A DNA stretch of 64,000 nt from Bacteroidota bacterium (GTDB lineage: Bacteria > Bacteroidota > Bacteroidia > Flavobacteriales_F > PHOS-HE28), in assembly GCA_023430325.1 (NCBI GenBank), contig JAEZAU010000233.1:11613-75612 (forward strand), read 5' to 3'. The notes beneath the pieces were generated by a model, which was given only the letters and a program-made list of their open reading frames with translations, was not told the origin of the DNA and made no database searches. A program made the position numbers and the translations under genes. Numbering within the stretch: position 1 is the stretch's first letter; every line of letters starts with the position of its first letter. Positions 49,830 through 61,000 of the stretch are shown here, piece by piece.

Positions 49830-50582
49830 ATGGCACTGCGCGCACTGATAGTGGATGACGAGGCCGATGCCCGGGACAACCTGCGTTTGATGCTGGAGGA
49901 ACACTGTCCCGAAGTGGAAGTGGTAGGCCAGGCCGGCAGCGCGCCTGAGGCGCGCCAGAAGATCAATGAGCTGCAACCGAACGCGCTCTTCCTGGACATA
50001 AAAATGCCCGGGGAAGATGGTTTTCAACTGCTGAGTTCCATCGCCGAGCTCGATCTTCCGGTGGTGTTCACAACTGCATATGACGAATACGCGCTAAAGG
50101 CCTTCAAACAGAATGCGCTGGATTATCTGGAGAAGCCGATCGATATCGACGAGTTGCAGCGCGCGGTGAAGAAATTGCAGAAAAGCACCAACGAGATAAC
50201 TCCGGCGCAGCCTTCCGCGATCGCAGCGTTGATGAAGGATCCGGCCTCGCCCTTGAGTTCACGTGTCGCCATTCCCGGGCGCGAAGGTCTTGTGCTCCTG
50301 AAGCATGAGGACATCATGTACCTCGAGGCCAACGATAGTTATACCACCATTCATCTAAAGGACGGCAAGCGCTCGGTGAGCAGCAAGCACATCCGCGTGT
50401 TCGAGAACAGCCTTGATCCGAAAAGCTTCTTCCGCGTACACAAATCGTACATCATCAACCTGGCGCACCTCAAGGGTTTCAACCGTGCAGAAGGCAACAT
50501 GGCGGTGCTGGACAATGGCGCCCTGATCCCTGTATCGCGGAGAAGGCTTCCTGATTTTCTCGCATTGATCAATACCTTTTGA
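49830..50582 (+). CDS. LytTR-family response regulator
   Basis: Receiver domain (LIVDDE…, …LFLDIKMPG), C-terminal LytTR DNA-binding domain; 250 aa. Confidence 0.9.
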   Translation: MALRALIVDDEADARDNLRLMLEEHCPEVEVVGQAGSAPEARQKINELQPNALFLDIKMPGEDGFQLLSSIAELDLPVVFTTAYDEYALKAFKQNALDYLEKPIDIDELQRAVKKLQKSTNEITPAQPSAIAALMKDPASPLSSRVAIPGREGLVLLKHEDIMYLEANDSYTTIHLKDGKRSVSSKHIRVFENSLDPKSFFRVHKSYIINLAHLKGFNRAEGNMAVLDNGALIPVSRRRLPDFLALINTF

Positions 50583-53572
50583 GGCCCATTCGCGCACCGC
50601 TGATGCGCCTGAGCATATTTCTCTTCGCCCTACTGCCCATGGCTGCTGAGGCCCAGCAGCACATGTTCACGCAGTACACCCCGAAGGATGGTCTTGCACA
50701 AAGCCAGGTACGGGCCATGGCACAGGATGAGCATGGCTATATGTGGTTCGGGACACTTGGCGGTGCCAGCAGGTTCGATGGGCTTGAATTCACTGATCAT
50801 GCCCTGCAGGAAGGATTACCCGATGCGCAGGTGAGCGCGATGGTACAGGACAACAAAGGAAGGTTGTGGCTCGGTGTCGGATCGGTCCTTGTACTTCGCG
50901 AAGGCCAGAAATGGGTCCAACATCCGCTGCCGGTGCAGAACGCCGCTCGCATCATGAGCCTGGCCAGTGATAAGCAAGGACGGATCTATGCCGGTACCGA
51001 TGGAAGTGGTCTCTACATATGGGACGATGATGCTGTGAGAACGGTGGAGAACTACCCGGATACAGCTGCCAACATCCGCAGCTTGCTGATGCTGAGCGAT
51101 GGCCGTTTGCTGATCGGGCTTCGCAGCGGTCTTCTGATATACGATGGATCGAGTTTCATTCAAGTGGATCTGAAAGAGAACAACGGTGTTGCGATCAGTG
51201 CCATGGCCGAAGGTCGTGATAGCACCTGGTGGATCGGAACATTCCAGAGTGGTCTGCTCCAGATGAAGAACGGTGAGATCAAAGCCCACGATGAAGAGAC
51301 CGGATTGATCAGGAACAACGTGCGTTGCCTGTTGGTGGACACGGAAGGAAAATTATGGGTGGGCACGAAGTTCGGATTGAACATCATAGATGGGGGGCGC
51401 ATCAGAACATTGACGGTGCACCAGGGAATGCCGAACGACAACATCTGGTGCGCATACCAGGACAGTGAAGGCAACATCTGGTTCGGCACCGATGGAGCAG
51501 GTGCCCTGAAATACACCGGCGATCGGTTCGTCACCTTCACCACACGAGATGGCCTTTGCAGCGATCTGGTGATGACAGTGATCTCAGACGCAGCCGGTGA
51601 TCTATGGCTTGGGACCTATGACAACGGGCTTTGCCGCATGGACCTTATGGCGATGGTGAACACCATGGACGGCCTCCCCAACAACACGGTCTGGTGCGGC
51701 ATCACCGATCGGAACGGCTCCATCTGGGTGGGTACCAGCGAAGGCGTGGCTCAACTCGTGCGCGGCGTGGTACAACCACTGCCACCACAAGTAGCCTTGC
51801 TCGGCCAGCGGGTCACCTCCCTGCTTGAAGGGCCTGATGGAACCATCTGGTGCGGCACACGTGATGGACTTGTCGGGATAAAGAATGGCGCGCTCGCAGT
51901 GGAATATCCTGCTGGTGAAAATGGTCCGGGCCGCTCGGTGCGCAACATGCTTTGGGATGATGACCGCATGCTTCTGGCCACCGAACAGGGCATCTCGATA
52001 AAACAGGGTACAAGGTTCACCCGGATCACCACAGAAGATGGAGCCAGCGACAACACCATATTCAGTCTGTTGAAGGATCGCAAAGGGCGCATTTGGGCAG
52101 GTACAAGCAATGGTTTGACCTGTGTTGTTGATGAGGATGTCCGCGCGATCCGCCTGGGCAATGATTTCGGTTCGAACTATATCAACGGTCTTCTGCGAGA
52201 TGATCAAGGTAATATCTGGGCGGGCAGCAACAATGGGCTATTTGTGTTCGATCCTGATAGTCTCCTGGAACATCCTTCGAAATTCATGCATTTCACCATG
52301 AACGATGGACTGCGCAGCATGGAGTTCAACCTGAACGCCGTGCATAGGGACCGGCTGGGCCGGTTGTTCTTCGGCACCACCGGAGGTCTCTTGTTCCATG
52401 ATGCACGCCGTTTCCGATCGCATCCGCAACCTGCGCCACCGCGCGTCCATATAACCGGTCTTCGATCCTTCCTACAGGAAACGGATTGGCGCAAACAGAG
52501 CACTTCGTTGAACGAACAAGGTGTACCCGTGGATCTTGAACTGCCTTACGGCCGTAATTATCTCACGTTCGATTACATCGGGATCAGCCTTGGGGCACCT
52601 GAAAAGGTGATGTATAAATACCGCTTGATCGGTCTCGATGCCGACTGGCTGCCGGCAACAGATGCACGATTCGCGAGCTACAGCAGCATCACCCATGGTG
52701 AATACACTTTTGAAGTGATCGCCAGTACTGATGGGGTGAACTGGAACGGCCCGGCCACGCTCAGCTTCAGCATTGCACCGCCATTCTGGTTGAGACCCTG
52801 GTTCTTTGCATTGGTGATCGGGGCCGTGGGCGGATCTGCCTACGGGGTGCAACGCTATAGGCATCGCCTGCGCGAACGGCATGAGCGAACGCGCCAGTTG
52901 ATGCTCCGATCGCGCATGCTTCAACTGGAACAACAGGCCTTGAACGCCAACATGAACCGGCATTTCGTCTTCAATGCACTGAACAGCATCCAGTATTACA
53001 TCAACCGGCAGGACCGCGTCACGGCGAGCAAGTACCTCACCAGTTTCGCCAAGTTGATCCGCCGCAACCTGGATGCCAGTCAGAATGATACGACCAGCCT
53101 TCGCGAAGAACTGGAACGGCTTGAGCTCTACCTCCTGTTGGAGAACATGCGCTTCAAGGACCGTTTCCAGTACAGCGTCACCATCGATCCGCAGGTGGAT
53201 GTGGGACAGGTACGGTTACCGGCAATGATGCTGCAACCTTATGTGGAGAACAGCATCTGGCACGGCATCCTGCCCACGGAACGCCAGGGCCGGGTGGATA
53301 TCATCGTGGAGCCGGCCGGTAGTGGACGAGTATTGGTGCGTATTGAAGATGATGGCATCGGAGTGGACCAAAGTCGCTTGAACAAGGCGAATAACGAGAG
53401 CGACCACATTTCCCGGGGTATCGAGATCACCAAAGGCCGGGCAGATGTGCTGCGCCGGCTCGATCTGACGGATATTCGGATCAGCGGCCCGGACCAATGG
53501 CAGGATGAGGCTACAGGCCGGATCCTGGGTACCAAGGTGGCCATTGAACTTCCCGGCTCTACCGTTGCCTAA
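50579..53572 (+). CDS. Sensor histidine kinase, LytS/YehU (His_kinase) type, with extracytoplasmic beta-propeller repeats and Y_Y_Y domain
   Basis: Signal peptide; many W-x-G-T propeller-like repeats; Y_Y_Y-like immunoglobulin segment; TM helix PWFFALVIGAVGG; HK motif NRHFVFNALNSIQYY; HATPase C-terminus; 4-nt overlap with the regulator gene. Confidence 0.85.
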   Translation: MRPIRAPLMRLSIFLFALLPMAAEAQQHMFTQYTPKDGLAQSQVRAMAQDEHGYMWFGTLGGASRFDGLEFTDHALQEGLPDAQVSAMVQDNKGRLWLGVGSVLVLREGQKWVQHPLPVQNAARIMSLASDKQGRIYAGTDGSGLYIWDDDAVRTVENYPDTAANIRSLLMLSDGRLLIGLRSGLLIYDGSSFIQVDLKENNGVAISAMAEGRDSTWWIGTFQSGLLQMKNGEIKAHDEETGLIRNNVRCLLVDTEGKLWVGTKFGLNIIDGGRIRTLTVHQGMPNDNIWCAYQDSEGNIWFGTDGAGALKYTGDRFVTFTTRDGLCSDLVMTVISDAAGDLWLGTYDNGLCRMDLMAMVNTMDGLPNNTVWCGITDRNGSIWVGTSEGVAQLVRGVVQPLPPQVALLGQRVTSLLEGPDGTIWCGTRDGLVGIKNGALAVEYPAGENGPGRSVRNMLWDDDRMLLATEQGISIKQGTRFTRITTEDGASDNTIFSLLKDRKGRIWAGTSNGLTCVVDEDVRAIRLGNDFGSNYINGLLRDDQGNIWAGSNNGLFVFDPDSLLEHPSKFMHFTMNDGLRSMEFNLNAVHRDRLGRLFFGTTGGLLFHDARRFRSHPQPAPPRVHITGLRSFLQETDWRKQSTSLNEQGVPVDLELPYGRNYLTFDYIGISLGAPEKVMYKYRLIGLDADWLPATDARFASYSSITHGEYTFEVIASTDGVNWNGPATLSFSIAPPFWLRPWFFALVIGAVGGSAYGVQRYRHRLRERHERTRQLMLRSRMLQLEQQALNANMNRHFVFNALNSIQYYINRQDRVTASKYLTSFAKLIRRNLDASQNDTTSLREELERLELYLLLENMRFKDRFQYSVTIDPQVDVGQVRLPAMMLQPYVENSIWHGILPTERQGRVDIIVEPAGSGRVLVRIEDDGIGVDQSRLNKANNESDHISRGIEITKGRADVLRRLDLTDIRISGPDQWQDEATGRILGTKVAIELPGSTVA

Positions 53573-53624
53573 AAAAGACGGGCAGATCCTTGCATCGAGC
53601 AGTGGCGTCCACTATCTTTGGTTC

Positions 53625-53918
53625 GTGCTGAAGTACCTCCATACCATTCAAGCCAGGTCGGCGGCCGCACTTTTTGTGCTTGCGCTGCTGCTGGGCTCCT
53701 GTGGTAAGGAAGCGTTGATAGAACCATCCACAGGCGCTCCTGCCCATGGGGCCAAGAACATCGGAACGCCCGGCCATGGTGATGCTCCCGATCCCTCCAA
53801 TGGCAGCACACGTGATGACGACCCAACTGATGATGAGCCAGTGACCGGCAGCGGTGATGGCATCAGTGATGATGGGGACGACCTTTCTGATACAGAACGC
53901 AACCGAAAGAAGAAGTGA
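53625..53918 (+). CDS. Small acidic Asp-rich lipoprotein (hypothetical), GTG start
   Basis: (V)LKYLHTIQARSAAALFVLALLLGSCG lipobox; D/G/S/P-rich tail; followed by a canonical terminator. Confidence 0.4.
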   Translation: MLKYLHTIQARSAAALFVLALLLGSCGKEALIEPSTGAPAHGAKNIGTPGHGDAPDPSNGSTRDDDPTDDEPVTGSGDGISDDGDDLSDTERNRKKK

Positions 53919-53948
53919 ACCGCCCCCCTCGGTCCTTCTTCAGGTAGA

Positions 53949-53976
53949 GCGCCCGGAATACCGGGCGTTTTTATTT
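53949..53976 (+). terminator. Rho-independent terminator (CGCCCGG-AATA-CCGGGCG-TTTTTATTT)
   Basis: 7-bp GC stem, 4-nt loop and U-tract 31 nt after the stop at 53918. Confidence 0.8.
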
Positions 53977-54087
53977 GCGCCTTCTCATCCCGTTCCTTTT
54001 CCTGTGATCGCCGTTCCCCGTAGGCCAGTTTGTATGGAATTTTCAGAGACCTAGATTTCTTTCTGAAAATTCCCTCATCAAGCATCC

Positions 54088-55650
54088 ATGTCCAATAAAG
54101 CACATGATCACGTACATCGCTTGGTGAGGTCCATGTCCAGGGCTGAAAAGCGCTATTTCAAATTATTCACGGGCCGCCATATGCCTTACGGGCATAGCAA
54201 CCATCAGGTACTCTTTGATGCAATTGCTTCAATGAGCGAATATGATGAAGCGGCACTCCTCCGCCAATTCCAGAAGGAGGCTTTCACCAACCGCTTCGCC
54301 ATCACGAAACGCAGGCTCTACGAAGCCATTCTACGAAGTCTTGATGCGTTCCATGCTGAGAGTTCGATCCACCCACGTCTGCACCGGATGCTGCACCAGG
54401 TCGAATTGCTCCATCAACGTGCATTGTACGATGATGCTTCGAAGATGCTCCAAAGCGTGAAACGGCTGGCACAGCAACATGAAGAACATCCCGTACTTGC
54501 CGAAGTGCTGCGCTGGGAACGAAAACTTCTTGAACGGGCCAATTATGCTGAAGCGGATGCGGGAATTCTGGATCGGATCCGATGCGAGGCCAGGGACCTG
54601 CATGATGAACAGCGCCAGCTGGACGAACTATGGGATCTGAAAAGCCGGGTCTTCGTTAACCTGTACCGCCATGGAAAGGTTCGGGATGAAAAAGGCATGG
54701 ACCAACTACGATCGCTGCTTGAGGAGCCCGTTCTGAAAGAAGCGGCCCGATCGAAGAGCCACAGGGCCCGGTTCCTATGTCATCATCTGCACAGCGCGGC
54801 AGCCTTTGCCACGGGAGATCTGACGGGTTGCCATGCACACTTGAACAAGGCCTACAAGATCCTCTGCAATTCACGGGAATGCTTCATGGACGAGCATTAT
54901 CTGGCCCTTTCGGTGCTCAGTAACCTGATCTATGTGGAGCTTCGATCGGGCAATTTCAAAAAAGCGTTCGAAAGGTTGGAGGAATTCCGTCTGCTACCCG
55001 AGCTGTGGAACATGCCGGTGAATGAAGATCTTGAACTGAAGCTCTTTTGTACATCCACCAGTCTTGAACTTTCCATCCACAGCCAGATGGGTGCCTTCGA
55101 GAAAGCCATGCAATTGGTGCCCCAAGTGGAAAGAGGACTTCTCCAGCACGGTGACCGGCTCGGTGCAGTGCGTAAGGCGGGATTCTACTACCAGCTAGCA
55201 TACGTTCACTTCGGTTGCGGGCAATTCGATAAGGCGTTGCGCTGGACACACCGATTATTGAACGATGTGCGGATAGATGAGAGTGCCGAGATTGTCTGTT
55301 TCGGGCGGATGTTGAACCTTCTTGCGCACATAGAATTGGGGCCATCGGAAATGCTCACCTATGCCCTTCGCAGTACCGAGCGTTACCTGGCCACCAGGGG
55401 CCGCGTGCACAAGTTCGAACCGCTCTTTCTCCAGATGGTGCATGGTGCCATGCGTTCGCGATCTGAAAAGGCCACCCTGCGCACATATTCGGATTTTCTG
55501 GAACGCTCGCGATCATTGGAGAACGACCCCATGGAACAGGTGGTCTTCGAACACATGGATGCCATAGCATGGGCTGAAAGCAAGGTCACTGGAAGATCGT
55601 TCACCGATCTGGTGAAGGAACGGGCCATGCGAATGGCCAGTGCAGCCTAG
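54088..55650 (+). CDS. Hypothetical all-alpha (TPR-like?) cytoplasmic protein, 520 aa
   Basis: No signal peptide; Leu/Arg/Glu-rich helical composition; no catalytic motif recognised. Confidence 0.4.
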   Translation: MSNKAHDHVHRLVRSMSRAEKRYFKLFTGRHMPYGHSNHQVLFDAIASMSEYDEAALLRQFQKEAFTNRFAITKRRLYEAILRSLDAFHAESSIHPRLHRMLHQVELLHQRALYDDASKMLQSVKRLAQQHEEHPVLAEVLRWERKLLERANYAEADAGILDRIRCEARDLHDEQRQLDELWDLKSRVFVNLYRHGKVRDEKGMDQLRSLLEEPVLKEAARSKSHRARFLCHHLHSAAAFATGDLTGCHAHLNKAYKILCNSRECFMDEHYLALSVLSNLIYVELRSGNFKKAFERLEEFRLLPELWNMPVNEDLELKLFCTSTSLELSIHSQMGAFEKAMQLVPQVERGLLQHGDRLGAVRKAGFYYQLAYVHFGCGQFDKALRWTHRLLNDVRIDESAEIVCFGRMLNLLAHIELGPSEMLTYALRSTERYLATRGRVHKFEPLFLQMVHGAMRSRSEKATLRTYSDFLERSRSLENDPMEQVVFEHMDAIAWAESKVTGRSFTDLVKERAMRMASAA

Positions 55651-55652
55651 CT

Positions 55653-56714
55653 TCAACTAGCACCTCGTCGCAAGAACGCATCCCAGCCTTGCGCCCGCAA
55701 TTGATGTATGCCTCCAACCTTGTCCACCAACACACATCCATCAGCAGGATCGGTCATATGCCCGATGATCGTAAGATCAGGATTGCCTTTGATTTTATCA
55801 TGGTCGGCCTGGGTAATAGTGAACAACAGCTCGTAATCCTCGCCACCGTTCAATGCGCACATGCTCGGATCGAGATCGAATTCCCGTGCAGTGCTGTATG
55901 TATGCGGATCGATCGGGAGCTTATCATCATATATACGCACGCCAACGCCGGAGTTCCTCGCAATATGCATCACATCGCTGGCCAGCCCATCGCTGATGTC
56001 GATCATGCTCGTAGGCCGCACACCCAGCTTCTTCAATAGATCGATGATGTCCCTTCGCGGTTCGGGTTTCAGTTGGCGCTCCAGGATGTAATCATGGCCG
56101 GTAAGGTCCGGCTGGGCACCGGTCTCTTTGAATACATACTTCTCCCGCTCCAGGATCTGAAGTCCCATGTACGCGCCACCCAGATCTCCGCTCACCACCA
56201 GCAGATCGTTGGCGCGGGCGCCATTGCGATAGACGATGTCCGATCCTTTGGCTGAACCGATGGCCGTGATGCTGATGATGGCCCCGCTGCGGCTGCTGCA
56301 GGTGTCCCCACCGATGATATCCACCCCGTGATGGTCGCAGGCCCGCATCATGCCGTCATAAAGTTCATCGATCGCTTCCACTGGAAATCGATTGCTGAGC
56401 GCCAATGACACTGTGACCTGTTTCGGCATGGCGTTCATCGCATATAGATCGCTCAAGTTGACAGCGATCGCCTTATAGCCCAAATGGCGCAGCGGCACAT
56501 AGCTCAGATCGAAGTGAACGCCCTCCACCAGCATGTCCGTGGTGACCACTTGATGCAGGCATTCGCCACTTGCTGAAGGATCGATCACAGCCGCATCATC
56601 ACCGATCCCTCTCACGGTCGAGCGGTCCACGATCTTTATGCGCGATGCGATCCTATCGATGAGGCCGAACTCCCCGAGGCTGGAAAGCTCGGTCCGTTGC
56701 AGTTCTTCTGACAT
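55653..56714 (-). CDS. thiL: Thiamine-monophosphate kinase
   Basis: AIR-synthase-related fold (GEFGLIDRI…, GDDAAV, …DIIGGDT) about 353 aa. Confidence 0.85.
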   Translation of the reverse strand: MSEELQRTELSSLGEFGLIDRIASRIKIVDRSTVRGIGDDAAVIDPSASGECLHQVVTTDMLVEGVHFDLSYVPLRHLGYKAIAVNLSDLYAMNAMPKQVTVSLALSNRFPVEAIDELYDGMMRACDHHGVDIIGGDTCSSRSGAIISITAIGSAKGSDIVYRNGARANDLLVVSGDLGGAYMGLQILEREKYVFKETGAQPDLTGHDYILERQLKPEPRRDIIDLLKKLGVRPTSMIDISDGLASDVMHIARNSGVGVRIYDDKLPIDPHTYSTAREFDLDPSMCALNGGEDYELLFTITQADHDKIKGNPDLTIIGHMTDPADGCVLVDKVGGIHQLRAQGWDAFLRRGAS

Positions 56715-56744
56715 GGCACAAAGGTCGGTCGATCGCAGATAGGC

Positions 56745-58076
56745 TCACCTTGCCTCAGATGATCGTTGCTCATACAACCTGAAAAGCTCTTTGTGATGAT
56801 CATCAAGCACCAGCCTGTGCCCTTGAATGAAAGCATGCCGCACATCATTCCCACGCATGTCCAATGCATCACCGTTGGATACGATCAACGTGGCGTCCTT
56901 GCCGATCTCAAGACTTCCGCACCGATCGGATATGCCCAGGATGGCGGCAGCGTCCAGGGTGATGGAGCGTAATGCGTCCTCCCTGCCCAGCCCGTATGCG
57001 GAAGCCGTTCCGGCCACGAATGGAAGATTGCGCAGACCCGCTGCTTCATGCTCTCCGATATAGCTCAGTGCGAAACGCACACCCTGTTCCTTCAACAATG
57101 CGGGAAGGCGGTACGGAAGTTCCACATCATCATCGGGTCTCAGCGGCAGTGAATGGAGTCTGCGAAGAATAACGTCCACCTTGTTATCCCGCAGAAGATC
57201 GGCGACACGCCAGGAATCGTAGCCACCGACGATCACCAGTTTTTTTACGCCTTCTGCCTTGGCGAACAGCACGGCCTCAGTGATCTCCCGCGCTGCATCG
57301 GCATGCACATACAGCGTCCTGCGCCCATCAAAAAGGCCGCGCATTGCTTCGCACCGCAGATCTTTCTTTTCAGGAAGGGCTACCGCTGAATAGGCCTTGG
57401 CCCGGCCGAAGAACTCCCGGATCTCATCCAGCTTCTTTTGCCGTTCATCCTTCGCAGCAGCATCGGTCTCCTGCTGCTCCGCCCACCAGCCGCGGCGCTG
57501 GTATGCCGGTGGCCATGTCATGAACACGCCTTCATCGGATCTTACGGTCGCTTCCTCCCAATCCCATGCATCGAGCTGGACGATGGAGCTCGTGCCGCTG
57601 ATGACAAGCCCTTTCGGCGATATCTGGGCGATCAACACACCATTGGACCGCACTGTGGGAATGATGCGCGAATCAGCTTTATAGGAAGTGATCGTACGCA
57701 ATTCAGGCTCGAAATGTCCGACATCCTGAAAGTCACGGCTGGCACGGATAGACTCGATCTCTGTGAGTCCCAGACTGGAACAAAGACCGATGAAACCCGG
57801 ATAGATGTGCTGGCCGTTCGCATGGATGGTAGTGTCATACGATGCGCGAACACCATATCCGTATCCGACAAAATCGATCTTGCCGTTCCGGAGACCGACC
57901 GCACCCTCTTCGAACACCCGGCCATCACCCACATGAACCGTTCCGCCGGTGATGAGGATCGATCTTGTTTGAGCAGGACCTGGCAGGGGTTGCTGGGCGA
58001 AAAGTGAACACGAGAAAAGGATGCACAAGGCCATCAAGGGCCGAAGTACGGTTGGTGAACGTTCAATGCGAATCAT
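56745..58076 (-). CDS. Secreted amidohydrolase-family protein (about 443 aa)
   Basis: Signal peptide (…LMALCILFSCSLFAQQ); amidohydrolase metal-binding regions (…HAHS-like GIVDEHSH is in the paralogue; here …VHADAAREI…, …GSDR…). Confidence 0.7.
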   Translation of the reverse strand: MIRIERSPTVLRPLMALCILFSCSLFAQQPLPGPAQTRSILITGGTVHVGDGRVFEEGAVGLRNGKIDFVGYGYGVRASYDTTIHANGQHIYPGFIGLCSSLGLTEIESIRASRDFQDVGHFEPELRTITSYKADSRIIPTVRSNGVLIAQISPKGLVISGTSSIVQLDAWDWEEATVRSDEGVFMTWPPAYQRRGWWAEQQETDAAAKDERQKKLDEIREFFGRAKAYSAVALPEKKDLRCEAMRGLFDGRRTLYVHADAAREITEAVLFAKAEGVKKLVIVGGYDSWRVADLLRDNKVDVILRRLHSLPLRPDDDVELPYRLPALLKEQGVRFALSYIGEHEAAGLRNLPFVAGTASAYGLGREDALRSITLDAAAILGISDRCGSLEIGKDATLIVSNGDALDMRGNDVRHAFIQGHRLVLDDHHKELFRLYEQRSSEAR

Positions 58077-61000
58077 CTCCATCACCGATATCATCACAAT
58101 GCCATTGCTGATCCACCTCACGCTCCGGCTTCTTTTTGTTCGTCTCATCTGCGGAAAGCATCGCGCGCACCAGCCGATCTCGTTCCTCGCTTACCAGCTG
58201 GCGCTTTGAAACGTCATCCTCAATGCTGTAATAACAGATACCTTCCACATAGGTGCGCATCACCTTTGCATCGATCGACAATGGATCGTTGCTCCATAAC
58301 ACGAGATCGGCATCCTTGCCCACTTCGATGCTTCCGATGCGGTGATCGAGCTTCAACATGCGCGCAGGGTTCAATGTCACCATGCGCCATGCCTCGTCGG
58401 ACGGAACACCCCCATACTTCATGGTCTTTGCAGCCTCCTGGTTCAATCTCCTGCACATCTCTGCATCATCACTATTGATGCCGGTGAGTACGCCATTGCG
58501 GTACAACAAAGCAGCGTTGTACGGGATGGCATCATAAACCTCAAGCTTGTAGGCCCACCAGTCGCTGAACGTGCTGGCCGCAACTCCGTGCTTCTTCATC
58601 TTACCGGCCATCTTATAACCTTCAAGGATATGCGTGAACGTATTCACCTTGAAACCGATGCTGTCCGCAACATGCATCAGCATATCGATCTCACTTTGCA
58701 CATAGCTATGGCAGGTGATATGCCGCTCGCCACGCAGTATCTCCTGCAGTGCTTCCGAGCGAAGGTCCCTTCGCGGCCGATCGGTCCGCTCCCGATCCCT
58801 GGGGCGTAATGATCTCCATGCCTGGTGTTCCCGGTCCAGATCGGCAGCTCTGGCGAATGCATCGTGATACAATTGTTCCACGCCCATCCGCGTTTGGGGA
58901 AATCTTGAACTCTGGCCCCAATTGCTCTGTTTCACGTTCTCTCCAAGAGCGAACTTGATATGACCCGGAGCATTCCTGATCAACATGCTATCAGCCGGTA
59001 GACCCCATTTCAGTTTGATCAATGCGCTTTGACCGCCGATGGCGTTCGCCGATCCATGCAACAGCTGTACGGTGGTGACGCCTCCGGCCAATGCCCTGTA
59101 TATGTTCACATCATCCGGATCGATGACATCACCGATACGCACTTCCGATGAGATATGGTGACCCACCTCGTTGACACCACGCGAGATGGCGATGTGCGAA
59201 TGCTCATCAACAATACCTGCGGTGAGATGAAGCCCTTTCGCATCGATCTCATTGATCGCCGGTTTATTCCTTCCCGGGAAGATTGAATTGACATCCAGTC
59301 GCTCGCCGACGGCTTTGATCCGGCCTTGATGAACGAGGACATCCGTATTGCGAAGAATGCCAGGCGATGCATTGGTCCAAACGGTGGCATTCCTGAAGAT
59401 CGTGGTGGTATTGGATGGCTCTTTCGTCCAGCCATGGCCGTTCAGGGGATGATGCAGCGGACCAAGGACCGGCACCAAGGAGGTACCGTTCTTGACCCCT
59501 TGATCGGACTTTGCCTTGGTCGCACGCCTCAGGGCGCTCCAGCCGATCCATTGCCCACCGGGCAGTTGGCCTCTCCCCTCCCACAGTCCCTCGCGATGAA
59601 TGCTTCCTGACAACCGCGTAACGGCTGAAGCATCTGCCTTTGTGGCGAAACTTATCGATACGATCGCACCTTGTCTTTCTATGATCGCTTTCACCTTGCT
59701 TGTATCCGCAGGCAGGGTTCCCCGAACGAACGCTTCAAACTTGTTGTCCTTCTTGCTTACCTCCAAGAGAACACTGCTTCCGCCGATATTGAGATCATAA
59801 GTGCCCGCAAGTTTCGGCTTCTCAAGGTCCACAAGTACGAACCTCTTCTTTCCGATCCAATTTTCATGGATCACGTTCTTTTCATCCAGGAGCTCACCCG
59901 AGGTGATGAGGAAGTTGGCCAGCATCCCCGGGCGCAGAGCACCGATTCGATCATCCATGCCGAACAGGCGTGCGGGATCGGTGGTGAGCGCTTCGATCGC
60001 ACGTACTGGATCGAGCCCACATTGGACCATCCTTCGCAGATCGCGCCAGAATTCCTTCAGGTCCTTGCGGCCATGAGTGGTGAAAGTGAACGTTACACCC
60101 GCTGAATCAAGCATCATGGCATTGAACGGGGCATACTCCCAATGTTTAAACCTGGCGTAGGATACTTCAAGGGCATCGAATGGATCGCGCACGTCATACG
60201 CCCCGGGAAGATCCACCGGAATGATCATCGGCAAGGCCATATGTTGGATCTGAGCCAGCCGCGCGTACTCATCTCCCGATCCCTTTATGATCCCAGGCAG
60301 GCTGAATTCCTCAAGGATCTTCGCCCAACGCAGAACCTCGTTTCGACCTTGGGCTTCGAACACCATCCGGCCTTTCATCTGCCCGGCAAGTGCCGCAAGG
60401 ACCGCATCAGCTTCATTGAGACGCGCGATCTCCTCCGTCCACAATGCATCCAAGAAAGTCTGTCTGAGCAATGCGATGGCCCCCATCTGTGATGTTGGGT
60501 ACGCATCCGGAGAAGAACCTTTGCTGAAACTGAAATGCGCAGACAGATCGGGCTGTATCACCGATCGGCGCAGATCACCATCATCGAGCAGAATGGCGGC
60601 AGATGTCCCACGCGCGATACCATCCATCCTATGCGTATACACCACACCGAAACCTGCCTTGCGTAACTCTTCCGCTTTCTTCTCATCGCTCTTCACCAGC
60701 ACATGAGCACGGGAATCTGCGCGCAGCGCCCCGTTCCAATGGCGCGCACCTTTCCATTCCGCCTTCCGCTCGTCAGCAGTGCTCGGTGGAAGACCCAGGC
60801 CTGAGTATGGATCGATGAGGGAAGGCCAGATATGCATGCCGTTCAGGTCCCTCACCTGTGCCCCGGAAGGCACCTTCACCCTCTCGCCGGCCGCGACAAC
60901 GACACCGTCCTTCACCACGAAGGTGGCCTTCTGCAGTACCGTACGGGCATCGACATGTACCGTTGCATTGGTGAAGGCCACGAGCATGGGGGCAGCATCG

